The notes beneath the pieces are model-generated. The model had not been told where the DNA came from and searched no databases. It saw only the letters and a program-made list of their open reading frames with translations. A DNA stretch of 63,949 nucleotides, the filler included, from Perkinsus chesapeaki ATCC PRA-425 (Eukaryota > Protista > Perkinsozoa): NCBI GenBank assembly GCA_013115145.1. It is 12 parts of 12 records of this genome, joined end to end, with 100 filler letters (N's around TTAATTAATTAA, not from the genome) between each part and the next. Parts side by side here need not be neighbours in the genome. Positions count along the whole stretch, not along the records: positions 48,122 to 49,341 come from JAAPAO010002094.1; positions 49,442 to 51,103 come from JAAPAO010001838.1; positions 51,204 to 52,601 come from JAAPAO010001984.1; positions 52,702 to 54,165 come from JAAPAO010001945.1; positions 54,266 to 60,005 come from JAAPAO010001130.1; positions 60,106 to 62,515 come from JAAPAO010001613.1; 6 more parts are not named here. The stretch is one strand, 5' to 3'. Shown here piece after piece: positions 48,122-60,999 of this stretch. The position numbers were made by a program, and so were the translations under genes. Position 1 is the stretch's first letter. The number at the start of each line of letters is the position of its first letter.

Positions 48122-49341
48122 CATGTTTATATTCGCGTTATTTAGTAGCTGTTCCACTGGATTGTATTACTAGTGAAGCGGTCATTGGAGCGTGTGACGG
48201 TGTCTTCAAGCGTCTTGGTGTACCGACTATTCTTTTATCGGATAATGGCAAGCAGTTCGTGAGCGCTAAGTTCAACGACTATTGTTCTCGACATCAAGTT
48301 AGGCATTGTTTGATCCCTCGGTATTCCCCGTCGTTAGGTGGGAAGTACGAACGGTCACACCAACTGCTACACCGTGCCTTGGTTAGTTTTCTACATGACG
48401 ACGGTGAGAACGGCGAAAATAACGAGACCGGTATGGCTAAGGACTGGACGTCTTTATTGGATGAGGTGTTGTGCGTTATTAACTCGCGGCCCCTAAGGTG
48501 TTCAACTTCAATGACATCCGAGTCTGTGTCTCCGGTGGATTTAATGATGGCTAGGAGAGTGATTTTCCCTATAGACCCGCAATTAAACGTGGATCTATAC
48601 TATCCTGGTCAGAACCCTAGCGTGTTAACCCCGGAGCTATCGCGGGGTGTGGACGACCACAACTACGACGCCAAACAAGTGGCTAGAGAGTCTGCACGTC
48701 AGGACTTGAGGAACCGCTTTGACTCTATATGGGAAGATATGCGGGAGCGCTCAAGATCCGAGCAGATCCGGGCTGCAGCTGGCAGATCTCCTCAACTTAT
48801 TTCGGAAGGAGATTGGGTATTTATTCCAAGACCCAAACGACACAAACTTGACTTACAGTGGCGGGGACCATTTCGAGTCCGTTCTGTAGAAGGTGTTCGT
48901 GTGTCTGTTTCTGCTGGAGACCAGGTGATCGTTGATTCCATTCACAACGTGTTGAAGGTTAACTTCCAAGTTCTGCCTAAGTGGTGTAGCACAAAAGGTA
49001 CGCCGCGTGGATCCTTCAAGCCTGGTACGCTGTTATGGTTTGGTGATGCCGAAGCCGGTGTTGTTATCGAATCGTGTGGTCAAGAAGCGCTACTTCATAT
49101 GGTTAAGATTCGAAGACAATTTGGTCACGACTTTGAGGTTAAGTCTCTTTATTTCGACGAAAAGTCGGGATCTATCTGGGCTTACCCTTGTGACCGTAGT
49201 GGTTCCCCCAGCGCCGGGGAGGGTATCCCTTCAGATCGAAAACCTTTGCTTCGTTCTCGAAGTTTCGATCCAAGAGGGAAAGGTAAAGATTGGATGGTCC
49301 TCAACATTAAGAGCAAGAATGGTTGTTTAACTAACCGGTCG
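48122..49341 (+). mobile_element. LTR retrotransposon integrase core and C-terminal region
   Basis: From the gap edge: CLYSRYLVAVPLDCITSEAV...GVPTILLSDNGKQFVS...IPRYSPSLGGKYERSH...VINSRPL...KLDLQWRGPFRV, containing the second D and the E of the DDE triad. Confidence 0.92.
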
Positions 49342-49441
49342 NNNNNNNNNNNNNNNNNNNNNNNNNNNNNNNNNNNNNNNNNNNNTTAATTAATTAANNN
49401 NNNNNNNNNNNNNNNNNNNNNNNNNNNNNNNNNNNNNNNNN

Positions 49442-50285
49442 TCTGAACTCTGACGACATGACCAAATTACTGATGAACTTCCAGCAGATGAACGGCTCGG
49501 TGCCACCGCCTACCATCATGACTATGAAGGCCGAGGTCATACAAAAAATGAAGAAGCCTGAACAAGGCATATGCATGGACCTCAACCAATTCCTGCCTAG
49601 AAGGGAAGTGACATCATCTCCGGGGATAGACGACGCGAGGTCTTTCAAGCTCACAAGCTCTGGTCAGCTAATCGCTCAAAGCAGCGAAAAGCGTAAGCTA
49701 TCGGGTTTCACGGAATTCTCGGTCGCTCTCTTCAGGTGGGGAGTTACTTACTCTATCGTTCACCCAGCTATGTTAGACGGTGCGCTCTCTCAAATTGGTA
49801 TCAACCTGTGTGACGTGTTAGCTTACTGGAAACGCCTGGTCGATTTTCTACCAGCAATTGGAGCTACTGGCATAATCGAGTATGACATCAAGTACCGCAC
49901 CGCAGTCGCCCAACTGGTAACTACAAGAACTCACTCGGTGTCACAGATGTTGTGTGAAGACGTCCTACCAACTATAATGTCTGCCTCTCTCGCAAGAGCA
50001 ACTGTGTCTCTTGCATCAAGTCGCAGTCTCCAACAACCTCACAACTCTAACCCAGGTGGTACTTCGTCTTCCGGTTCGCCCGGCGGAACCCATGACCAGT
50101 CATCTTCACCTCCACTTTGCCGACACTTCCTGCGCGGTGAATGCCGATTCGGAGACGCTTGTCGTTTCAGTCATACTCCAACCAATACTAACAGGATCCC
50201 TCTTCGAGCCACTCCCTACGGTCGCCGAGAGGAACGAAGAGACTCCACCGCGAGACCAAGTAATAATAATACTTCTCAACAATAG
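49442..50285 (+). mobile_element. gag-like ORF1 with a CCCH zinc finger, probably from a DIRS/Ngaro-like element
   Basis: LCRHFLRGECRFGDACRFSH is a C-x7-C-x5-C-x3-H finger. IIEYDIKYRTAVA resembles the 'YDxxFR' block of DIRS gag. A pol-like ORF follows. Confidence 0.65.
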
Positions 50286-50372
50286 TTTTACTGAAATAGT
50301 GTAGTCGTATCGAGTCGATACAGTTTTATTACTTAACTACTTTCAACTTTGACGTCTAATCGACCGTTCTTG

Positions 50373-50458
50373 AGTCAGTATTAGTCAGTATAACCTAGTA
50401 TAGTCAGTAAAAGTCAGTCAAGTCAGTTCAAGTCAGTAAAAGTCAGTATAGTTCAGTG
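50373..50458 (+). repeat. Array of AGTCAGT motifs at 9-10 bp spacing
   Basis: Copies at 50373, 50383, 50402, 50412, 50421, 50431 and 50441, with degenerate copies near 50393 and 50451. Confidence 0.8.
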
Positions 50459-50793
50459 AATTAGCAGTGGTACTCCTGCAGTGTTGACTGAGCACGAATA
50501 AATCAAATTCGGTATTAGCCGACTCACTAAGCCGGGCTCAGTATATAGTATATGTGTTAAGCTGTTTAATAATCAAACTTTAATCGTTTAACCTCAGCCA
50601 CTTTGTATAGTTTCATTACTCACTGAGTAATACTCAGTCTTGGTATGTCTAACTATATTTTCAAGAAGAAATATGTACGTTCTTATTAGGTCCGGCTCCC
50701 CATACGCAGATATTTCAGACCCAACAAGCTTCTGAAATCCATAGTGTTGTTGAACACTATCAAGACGGCTCCGGCGTCTCGGCTGTACTACCT

Positions 50794-51103
50794 ATGGCTC
50801 GAAAGAGAAATCCTACCGGCAACGAAGCCTTTTATTTCTCGCAATTACTCACTGAAGTTGTCCGTAATGAAAACCTCGAGGACTTATTACGGGATGCCAC
50901 TTTGCCCACAGGCAGTATCAACCCTGAAAAGGTTGACTCCTTAACGGCAGGTTTCGAAAGCGCTTCGCAAAAGCTGTTACTTGATCTTGATCGTCTTCGC
51001 GGTATCTCGTCGAGAGCCAGCATATCTAAGAGCCCTATTCGTCCAGAAGTTCTGCAGTTCCTTTCTGAAAACTTTGATAATGGTAAAGACGTTTCTTTAC
51101 CTT
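50794..51103 (+). mobile_element. Probable N-terminus of the pol (RT) ORF following the CCCH gag, cut by the gap
   Basis: An intronless ORF starting about 500 nt after gag and open into the gap. The assignment rests on context; no RT motif is reached. Confidence 0.4.
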
Positions 51104-51203
51104 NNNNNNNNNNNNNNNNNNNNNNNNNNNNNNNNNNNNNNNNNNNNTTAATTAATTAANNNNNNNNNNNNNNNNNNNNNNNNNNNNNNNNNNNNNNNNN
51201 NNN

Positions 51204-52470
51204 GCCACGCGCTTTGGACGGTTTTGCTATTCTGGAGGCAGCGGGGACGGCCACACAGCTTCCTGAAGATATTTTGAAGGTCACATTGGCGACTCGTGAG
51301 GTAGAAGATATCTTTTAGTCTACTCTAATTGACATCGTTACTCAGCTCAAATCGGTGGTGAGCGAAGATCTTGCCCATTTTCGCAACGTAGATACTTTGG
51401 ACCTATCAGACAATAGACTCTCTAGTTCCGAAATACTCCTGGAAGTAATACGCGTACCATTTCCCACAGCAGTCCGCTTTTAGTTAGGTAATCTCAATAA
51501 ACTTAGAGTCCTGCTCTTGAGCTGTAATGGTATATCTAGGCTTTATACCGAGTACCTCAGCAAGTCGGTTGGATTCCTATACCACTACAGGCACGCACCT
51601 GATGACTACGATGATTCTGATTCTGATGGCTCCATTGGATTAGTTCGGGAGGATTTGTTACCATGCCTGGAGGAGCTAGACCTGTCATTCAATGATCTAC
51701 ATGGAGATGTTTTGATTAATGTAATGCTGGGCTTTGGAATATCAGATATTCAATATCTTGTCGTCGTTTATTCTTGCCGGGAATCGGACTTCAACTCTGG
51801 GACTAACTACCGTAGAGATTTCCATGTAGGGCGGGCTACAGTAGGACGCTACTCTGTCATCTGTTCCCTTCAAGCGAGATTGGATATACCATTCCTGTTA
51901 CCCGTGTCCCTTCACGCAGCCTTCCTGTTAGCTTACTGTCTTCACCCGCCTCATTAAACTCAATCTCGCTCACAACTGCGTAACATCTGTACCAGCGCCC
52001 TTGGTAAGGATAAGGTAATGTGGGCTCGATTTGATCATCAGGGGGAATCTGTGTATGACTTTGCCTTTTTAACGGAGCTCGATTTGTCCCATAATGACCT
52101 GGTACAGTACCAGCAATGGCGCCCATTGGAATACCTACCGAGATTGGAGATACTCTCCTTGGCTTATAACAGGATTAGGTGATAGGGAGGGGGTGGTGTT
52201 TAAGGAAGGCGGATGTAGGCGAATAGACTTTGGGGACAACGGGCTGGATGTAGAGCGCAGCACAGGAACAAAAGACGGACGGTTCCGAGCGTTGAAGCGG
52301 CTAGATCTTACTGGGAATGAAATAAACGATGTACCTTCACCGGGATTCGAACCAGAGACCTTCCTATTGCCTCCATTGATTAGCTTGAAAGACTGCATGG
52401 CAATCTATTACTGATGCTAACAGGACCGACGATCAGGACTATAGTTTTGAAAGGTCATGCGAGGGCATTC
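51204..52470 (+). CDS. Leucine-rich repeat protein (XRRA1-like spacing), partial
   Basis: LDLSDNRLSS; LNKLRVLLLSCNGISRL; CLEELDLSFNDLHG; FRALKRLDLTGNEINDVP. Confidence 0.7.
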
Positions 52471-53499
52471 ACTTCTTACCCACTACTTCGTGGCGACAGG
52501 TAACCCAGTCGCCCGAGAGCGGCAGTTTGGCGATGCAGTTGGAAAGCTCACACGGGGAATAGGACAGGCGAAAATAAAATATGTTATCCAAGAAGGGGTG
52601 CNNNNNNNNNNNNNNNNNNNNNNNNNNNNNNNNNNNNNNNNNNNNTTAATTAATTAANNNNNNNNNNNNNNNNNNNNNNNNNNNNNNNNNNNNNNNNNNN
52701 NGTGGAGCCTCTGTACCGTACTATACGTGAAACTATTGTCCAGTTTCTGAACTATTTGAGAAGAAAGGAGCAGGGGCTTCGCGGTGAAACGAGGCTTCAA
52801 AATGACCTGCGTGAATCTCGCGCCATGAACCCAAAAACACTGATGGTTGACAGCTGTATTTTGCCGTTTGTCTCGAATCTATAACGCCCCTTCCATAGAC
52901 TACCTCCTCAAAACTTTCACTGATGAAACTATACTTTATAATGTAAAGTTTATATCATCAGAACTTATATTAGACAACATGGATGGAGATAAACAAGAAG
53001 CCCCCCCATGCTACTAGAAAGAACAGACTCGATATGTGGTTCCTGGAACACCACGAAGAGGTCTCCGCGTTTGTTCCCACATATCAATGAATCATGACTC
53101 GTTTGTACTTGAACTAGCCCCATAAATGGACCGTCATCGCTTCACCAGCTCACCAGTTTGTCAGCGGCTGACAGTCAGCCATATAATGCGTTCTTCTCAG
53201 GTGACTTATAACACAAGCACTATAGTCTTAACATAATAGCATGCTTTTATGCATTAGCAACATCAGCATGCCAACATCATCTTAGCGAGCCATACCGCTG
53301 CTCAATTCAGACTGCAGCTGGCTAAGGTCAGCTTCAGCCTTCGATAACGCTTTCTCGGCGGCAGGTGGGGGGACAACTCTATGGCTGAGACACATCAGAC
53401 GTGCTGTTAAATAACTTCCAATCCAACAGTAGCTGTACAATATCTCAAAGTTGTACGGGAATTCACAGAGTGTTCAGAGAGTACTGTATATTCCATAAG

Positions 53500-54165
53500 G
53501 GGCTATTTTGCTTTATAAAACTGTGTGTGAATGTGTTAATGTTACCTCTCATACATCTCAACATAATGAGGATGACTTAGCTCAACCTTCAATTCATGAG
53601 CTACATCATTCTTAAACCTTTCGTATCTAACAGCAATATCTTCCACCAAGATCCTCCACACCGCGGCTTACGAGCCCTCTTTGCCAGCCATCTTGATCGC
53701 TAATGCGGCAGGTGTTGAGGTCATACCGTCAACAGTACTATTGATGGTCTCTTTAAAGACCAAGACGTATATTAGCCTGTCGACCTAAAAGGTAAGTGCC
53801 TTTAATATCTCCGCAGGCTGACTCAGTAGCCTAGGAATACATAGCACAACTCCACGATCGGGGACCCGACCGCCATCATTGGAAATGAGTTGGTCTAAAC
53901 GGCATTGGAAGCTGGTTCGCTGTAGCTATGGATCCTGTTTGTAAACATAATATAGAGTAGCTGCTACAAACGCCTAGCCGGTTGAAAGCCCTAACGATCT
54001 CTCATTCTGCATCATCAACGGATATGGTTTCACGATGAAGTAAGCTCCTTCAGACTAGAGAAATTGGGACACCCAATAATGGTCCGTATAGCTCCATATT
54101 ACCATAAGGTCACAGGCTGTTCCAGCCATCTTATCAGCTTTCCGCGGCACAATTCCCTGCCATCC
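53500..54165 (-). CDS. Hypothetical spliced gene fragment
   Basis: Minus-strand coding-like segments (DRLIYVLVFKETINSTVDGMTSTPAALAIKMAGKEG; EDIAVRYERFKNDVAHEL). Family not recognised. Confidence 0.3.
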
Positions 54166-54265
54166 NNNNNNNNNNNNNNNNNNNNNNNNNNNNNNNNNNN
54201 NNNNNNNNNTTAATTAATTAANNNNNNNNNNNNNNNNNNNNNNNNNNNNNNNNNNNNNNNNNNNN

Positions 54266-54347
54266 TATCACTAGTAACATATTTCCTATCAAACTCCTTT
54301 CTATTATATCTCCTCCGTATCACTAGTAACATATTTCCCATCAAACT
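54266..54347. repeat. 52-bp satellite unit (TATCACTAGTAACATATTTCCTATCAAACTCCTTTCTATTATATCTCCTCCG), about 1.6 copies at a contig edge
   Basis: Read directly; the same unit occurs at 59878-60005. Confidence 0.85.
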
Positions 54348-55564
54348 TAGGTTACGGTTTTGAAATCCTCCCCCTTCCATTATCGATGTGTATGCATGCT
54401 CCACATCATCCACGGAGATGAAGCCTCCGCCGGCAGTTGGGTGCTGGAGGAGCTTACCAGAAGTGACGCGGTAAGTCTTTCATTAGCCAGGGCCGCCTTG
54501 ATGACCGGAATCTTCACGCCTATATATTGTCAACTCGAAAACAACTTGCGGGCAGCTCCGGTTCACTTGACCCGGAGTCTAGTTCTGGAGTGACCGTTAG
54601 CGTCTCCGAACTCCACAGGCAAGGACCGATAAGCAGGACCAATGCCCCCATTTGGCCAATATATGATATCTGTTTTTCAGGGTGTCCGAAATACCTCCAA
54701 GCTGCTGGGCCGAGTATATCACCCGACAATCGCTGAATGCGTGCCACAGGTTGGTGTTGAGTGATAGACAGTTGTTGAAGATGTCTTCTTCAGCTGAGGA
54801 GACATCTTCGTGACTTCCTTATTGAGCAAGTTTCCATAATACTTTGCCCATATAATAAAGAGATGCTTGTCACCATTCACACATTGAATGAAGCTAACAA
54901 GAGGCCTTCTGAGGTAGCCTTCGGGAGCTTTTCGACTTTATTAATCCAGACTGGCTTAAGTGACATATTGCCTCCTAATGATATGGTCGTACTTGGAGCA
55001 GGAAGACGTGACTGCTGTATCATGTATTTGCTCGTAATTAAGGACCGTTTCAATCCTATATGGTCGTACTAACTGTTTTATATGGTTCTGCACTGTAGAC
55101 CACGCCGCAGAGCGCTCCATCGTATGGTTGTTCGTGCCTCTGGAGTTAGTGATGTACGTGTAAAAGAAAAGAGGCTAAATTCGCGAAGAGCTTTAAACAT
55201 AATTGGGTTGTTATTAACTTAATCATCCTTTAAATCGCAATCGTCGTAACAATCTTCACTACGTGAATGAGCTGGCGGTCAAATGAAAGTTTAATTAACA
55301 CTTATTTTAATTGTTCACCACAAACATTACGTGCAATACGGTTGATCTTTGCTCGTGTATTGCTATAAAGAGGACCATGGAGTGGAATTATCTCTCCTTC
55401 TCAGAGCTCTATTCAAGCTGCTCTCGAGTCGTCGGCATCAGATTTACGGCGAGTCTCTGTGAACGTAGTTGCCGAAGATACGAGCAACGAAGCGGTCAGC
55501 CGCTCAGGTGACGAGACGCACGCTCAGGGACGGAAGAAAAGACGAGGAAGTTCGAAGAAGGTGA

Positions 55565-55862
55565 GGAGTATCTTATGGTTTCATTATCAAAGGAGTATCT
55601 AACGGTTTANNNNNNNNNNNNNNNNNNNNNNNNNNNNNNNNNNNNNNNNNNNNNNNNNNNNNNNNNNNNNNNNNNNNNNNNNNNNNNNNNNNNNNNNNNN
55701 NNNNNNNNCATTATCAAAGGAGTATCTTATGGTTTCATTATCAAAGGAGTATCTAACGGTTTCATTATCAAAGGAGTATCTTACGGTTTCATTATCAAAG
55801 GAGTATCTAACGGTTTCATTATCAAAGGAGTATCTAACGGTTTCATTATCAAAGGAGTATCT
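55565..55862. repeat. 27-bp tandem repeat (GGTTTCATTATCAAAGGAGTATCTWAY) spanning a 99-N gap
   Basis: About 5 copies after the gap and about 1.5 before. The IIKGVSNGF ORF is a translation of the array. Confidence 0.93.
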
Positions 55863-55999
55863 TTCCGTTTCAAAAGATTCCGACGTGCAGCTTACACTGT
55901 AATCATGTTCAATAAATCCCTTTCAAAAAAGGACCACTCAGGCCGAGTCTTCTTTTCGTGTGATGTTAATTACCGATAGGCTTGATTTGGCGGTTATCG

Positions 56000-57550
56000 T
56001 TGGGAGCCCCTCAGCACACCCATAGAGGAAATGTCGCCATTATGAGAGATATTGGTGCCTTGCAGAAACTCAATTTCTGGAGTACTTTTTCGTACCAAAC
56101 AACATGTTGTATTTCGAGTGAGGCCTCCAAATCTCAGTCGGTTCTACACGTGGAACTCGATTCGGAGTTGACTTAACGCCTCCTGGGTCTACGTTAGCAC
56201 TTGTCTATTCTTCTGGCTTGACCATCTTCACGATCTCCCGTCCTGTCTTGTGAGAAAACCCCCCTTTCCTATCCGCTGTTCCCTATCCTTACCTTTTTCA
56301 GGTTAGTAGTGACTATGTAACCGACTGCTATCACCTGGAGGCATTGTCAACCGATGTAAGCCTCCAATTCAAAGAGGGCAATGATGCTATAGCTAATCCT
56401 ACACTGGAAATCGACAAGCTTAACTGGATGGTGACACGACCTGGTCAGTGGGCTCTCCCAGTTGATCCTCTTCCAGGTTGACGCTGCAAATCAATGTCTA
56501 TCTCGAATTCCTCGCAATGGTCGTCGACAGCTACTGGAGGTCCCCATGGGCAGCAGCAACAGCCTTGAGTCGCTGGCACTTGGAAAGCTTTTTGATGGTG
56601 AGAATTATGTCATACAATATGTCTCCGTGGTGGTGGTATACAATTTCTTGACTACTTGCTACGCAGTGCGATAGTGGGTGTTGTTGGTTTCAACTTGATG
56701 TTGCGCAATCTCTGGCGGCCTGGCTCGAGGTATTGCCTTGTTGCTCGTTCATTGCGCTACAGTAAAGTGTAGCGGAGCATCTTGAGATACAGGGCTTTTC
56801 TGAAGTGCATTCTCCTCCTGGTCTTCTCGGCTACATACAGCTCGGTCTAGTGGCTATTCAAACGTGCGTTCTGATTGTCCGTGGGGCCCTGTAAACATTT
56901 TGTTTCCAGAAACTGTTTGTGTGATTGATGGCCACAAGGGGAAGGCTTCGGCTGCGTGGAGCAAATTCAGACTTAATTCAATGGAGGGTGAAGTGAAGGT
57001 GGTGCGTGGCAGCGTGTCGAGCAAGATTGCCGTTCTGCGAGAGCACCAGTTTGATATGGTAAGTTGGGATCCAGCACCGAAGTTGAGGCTTCCTCTTAGA
57101 GCTATTGCTAACTTAGGGCATAGATGCATCTTATCTGTTAAACGTGTTTTGTATACAATTCAATACAATATTTGTTAAATCGTCAAATCTCTTCGAATGA
57201 GCACCTGGAAGCTCTCTCCTATGTGCCGGAGGCGTATTCTGCAATGGAAATCACCAGAAGTCCGGTATTATTTGGCATTTAGCGTTGAGCCCACTAAACC
57301 CGTTCGAATATTGGACTATATGGAGTAAAGATGGAATTCGGCGGAATTAGATTTACACATATTATCGCATTTGGAGGAGCTTGCAAGCTTCAGTTAGCAC
57401 TCTCTCGTTAGGTTGCAATCGGCGTGGATCGCTCTGGCCTACCAGACGACGTGCGGAGCTATTTGAGCTCGATACCGTGTATCATGTACGCTGGAGACTA
57501 CAGCGTGGCCATGCGGGGAGATATTAGGTACAGCGATCGCCAGTTTCCGG
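56000..57550 (+). CDS. Hypothetical multi-exon protein
   Basis: A series of plus-strand open frames with GT-AG boundaries (e.g. CPWGPVNILFPETVCVIDGHKG...EHQFDM|gtaag). No family recognised. Confidence 0.3.
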
Positions 57551-58143
57551 AGAGTCATTGTCTATCAGGTTACTAAGCATCACTCATAAGGTTCAGCAGT
57601 TGGGCTTGTTCGACACTGCCCCTTTTGATGAGGGATTGGAGTGCTGTGTTACCTTGCTTAGAAGGGATATTGTCTAGGAGATAAAGCCCGACATTAGATT
57701 CGCATTCGCTGTCTTATTGGCAGCTTACCATGGTTCAATAGGAGTAATAATGATTAGTGGTTTCTTCCAGCTCTGCAGTTCGGTGTATTGGGGGCTTTGA
57801 GGATGGCGAAGGGGGGAATTGGTAGAGATCAGCGTGCATTATAATCATTCAAGGGCATCTGTGGTCGGTTCCTCAACAGTGGTGGGAGTTGGGGAACGCT
57901 TCAGCTCTCTCTACTGAGGAGCCCTCAGTGAGGAGCTGCAACTCCTCCTGTGAGAATTACATGCTCAGGAGGAGGAGGACCATACTGTTATGGGGTTTGT
58001 CCTGCCTCCCTCAATAAGAACTTGTTCGCATTGAAACTTACTGTTTTATATGATTAAGAGTGTGTTATCTCGTACCGGTTCTGCAGGTCCTTTGTTAAGT
58101 AAAGGACAGCGTTTAGAATTTCATATCACAACGCTGATGACGA

Positions 58144-59800
58144 TTGGCATTGAGTGAGAACTCGAAATTAGTCTATTTCGTTGCGTCGGACTGTATCGGA
58201 AAGATGGCATTAAGCTTGGGGTTGAAGGATTGTTTCATTCACTCCGTTAGCTATTGTATATTTTGCTATATGAATACTGTCATCTACGGTTGGATTGCGG
58301 CGCCAATACTTCTTTATTTCGCTGGCCTGTTGCCGAAGGTTGCCTTCGCCATGCTAATTGGCTTTATTGGATTCTTATGGATCTGGTTTATTCCCAGGTA
58401 ATAGACGGGACGTTACTGCTCGTGTGGGACTTTACCGTCTTCTGAGGGCCGTGGGGACGTGGCGATGATGAAGTCGTTGTGGATCTCGCGGAGCTATAGC
58501 CGCTGGAGAGCCCTCCGGTGCTGCAAGGCTTGACCAAAGCGAGGCCCAGAATGGTCGTATTACGACTCGCTCCAGCTTAAAAAGTTTTATAATTTCCCCG
58601 GCGAGGGTGCTATAGGTTATAGTGCACAGGTATAAAGCGGAGAAGAACCAAGAGCAAGGTGGTGACTGGCGGCCGTCGACTAAAAGGGAAGGAGAGTATG
58701 TCGATGTTGATGGGCATAAAACTCATGTACTTGGGAATATTCGGACCGGATAGGGGACGTGAAATTCCGGGGAATTTGGCGAAGTTGTGGTAGATTCGTC
58801 TGCTTGGAAGAATGTATTTTCAACTGAGGAATGCCGATAGATAAACTTTCATCAAGAATGTCTCTCGGAGGTGGGTTGTTGTAGGTCTATGAGATCGAGC
58901 CGGACACCATGGAGTGCCGAGGAGCTATTGTATTGATCGCTGGTGTTGGAAGTGATGGCACATTCTTTCCTCGTGATGAGATCCTTAACCGTCTCCAGAA
59001 TGAAGGTTATCAACTATTGCTGGTCGACTTGTGGGGTAGAGGGTTCTCGGACTGCCCACTGGATGGTGAGGCGGGACAGCTGGAGAGGCGAAAGCTGGTC
59101 TGGGCGAATGGGCATGCGTACTTGTTTGATACAGGGCACATCAGATAGAATGTGACATTATCGACAACTGTTTGATTTTACGAGCTCCCACGAACTAGGG
59201 AAGTTTTGCGATTGTGGCTGGGACGCCCAATTATTATAATATAGATAATAGGGATAGGAATAATATGATCTTAAGTGTATTATCCATATTGTATTAAATA
59301 TTATAGATTATATATTAACCATTAATTATAACTTATAGTATATTATAAATGCCCTGTACATGCAGCGAGTACTTAAATGTTTGTGATTCGACTCTCAAAG
59401 CTCCGAAATGTCTTCCCGAGAACGAATGATTACCTTAGAGGCGTAGACTGATTTCAAGCTGCGTATCACATTTCCAGACGAGTGAATATTCCGTCTAATT
59501 TGAAGATTTTCAAATGAGACTGAATTTTAGGACTTCAATATAGCGACCTCTGCAAAGGTCCTAATTTCCCGGAGGGCGCTGTAGGCGGCTCTATTACTGA
59601 ATTTAAGAAGTTTTCTGGTGCTCTTAAGAGTATCTTCAGGTCGTTACGATGCCTCCCGCTACTCCAAGCAGATCATGGCAGCTGTTAACAAGTTTGTACC
59701 GTCTGATATTCCTGTGTATCTGTTGGGGATGTCCCTCGGCGGTTGTGTGGTTGTACATTGTGCCGCTGCTAACCCGGAAAGGATCAGCGGTAGGAGGGAG
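58144..59800 (+). CDS. Alpha/beta hydrolase, probably with N-terminal transmembrane segments
   Basis: GEYVDVDGHKTHV; AIVLIAGVGS; GYQLLLVDLWGRGFSDCP; PVYLLGMSLGGCVVVHCAAANPERI (GxSxG nucleophile). A hydrophobic exon lies at 58144-58399. Confidence 0.8.
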
Positions 59801-59877
59801 GGGAAGGGGGATGTGGATGCGATGTGTTGAGGAATATTAGATATGCTTAGTGAGATTGTGGTTTGGTGAAGGAGTTG

Positions 59878-60005
59878 GTAACATATTTACCATCAAACTC
59901 ATTTCTATTATATCTGCTCCGTATCACTAGTCACATATTTCCTATCAAACTCCTTTCTATTATATCTCCTCCTCCGTATCACTAGTAACATATTTCCTAT
60001 CAAAC
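59878..60005. repeat. 52-bp satellite, about 2.4 copies running into a gap
   Basis: Same unit as at 54266-54347. Confidence 0.85.
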
Positions 60006-60249
60006 NNNNNNNNNNNNNNNNNNNNNNNNNNNNNNNNNNNNNNNNNNNNTTAATTAATTAANNNNNNNNNNNNNNNNNNNNNNNNNNNNNNNNNNNNNNN
60101 NNNNNAATGGTCATAATATAATAATGGATAAGACATGTGGACATATGTTAAGGACTAAGGATCAGTAAGTATCCTCCTCCTGCAGAGTTACTTTCATTTA
60201 CCCCCTGTCAGGAACATAGCTGAGGGAGGCGTCCACGCTGGTTTCTCCG

Positions 60250-60930
60250 TCATCGATTCGGCGCTGCTGACAGAAGATAATTTCTAATCGTACGTGCCTC
60301 CTGTCATGCGTTTCTATTCCAATTTTCTTCGGGTGGCGATATGCCGTTGCATTACGTTAGCTCTTTAAGTGCCCGACTTACTAATATTGTCGAGTTTCTC
60401 CACACTCGTTTCGGAGCCCTCCCAGTAGTTGATATTTTTATACTTTGATCATGCCTTTTCCTACCAGTCCGCGTTCCGCAGGGATCAGCAGCGCCCTCTG
60501 CGCCGCCACGGGCAGCAGCGGTGTCGCTGTTCACTCGGCGTCGAGGTCTCCCCCGATGACCAAAGCGCTTTACGAGAAGTCCATAAATGCGTTGGCTTGT
60601 AGCGAGGCTGGCCTTAGAGATTGCGGCGCGATGATCAGCAGTAGGAGTAGCCGACCTCCTCGGAGCTTCTATACATTATTTCCAGGTTTGGGAATATCGG
60701 TGCTTCCCGACAGCAAGTCGGCACCCTTGAACAGCCAAGTGCTGCCGTTGGCGCTGCTACCGAAGCCTTTCCCTAGGGAGAGGTAAATGAGACGGCTCAT
60801 CGAGGAGGTTGTCATATCCTCTTGCTTATCAGGTTCGATGAAGTGTGCGAGCTGAGCGGAGTGATCGATAAGCTTATTGATAATATCTCCACCGATCCTC
60901 AATGGCTCGTTGACAGCCTTCAAGGGGTAA
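60250..60930 (-). CDS. Hypothetical spliced gene fragment
   Basis: Minus-strand frames KAVNEPLRIGGDIINKLIDHSAQLAHF and ATPLLPVAAQRALLIPAERGLVGKG. Family not recognised. Confidence 0.25.
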
Positions 60931-60999
60931 GCCTACCCTCTCAGTGCTGCAATACATGCGCTCGACTGCAAGTGACGTAGATTCCACAGTAGTTCGACT

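Noticed and set aside
52330-52360. GGTTCGAATCCCGG B-box-like motif on the minus strand; a similar GGTTCGAACC occurs at ~24189
   Set aside because: No cloverleaf forms. The first lies within LRR coding sequence and the second within a short pelota intron.
55575-55979. ORF with repeated IIKGVSNGF peptide
   Set aside because: It is the translation of the 27-bp tandem repeat across an N gap, with no independent evidence of coding.
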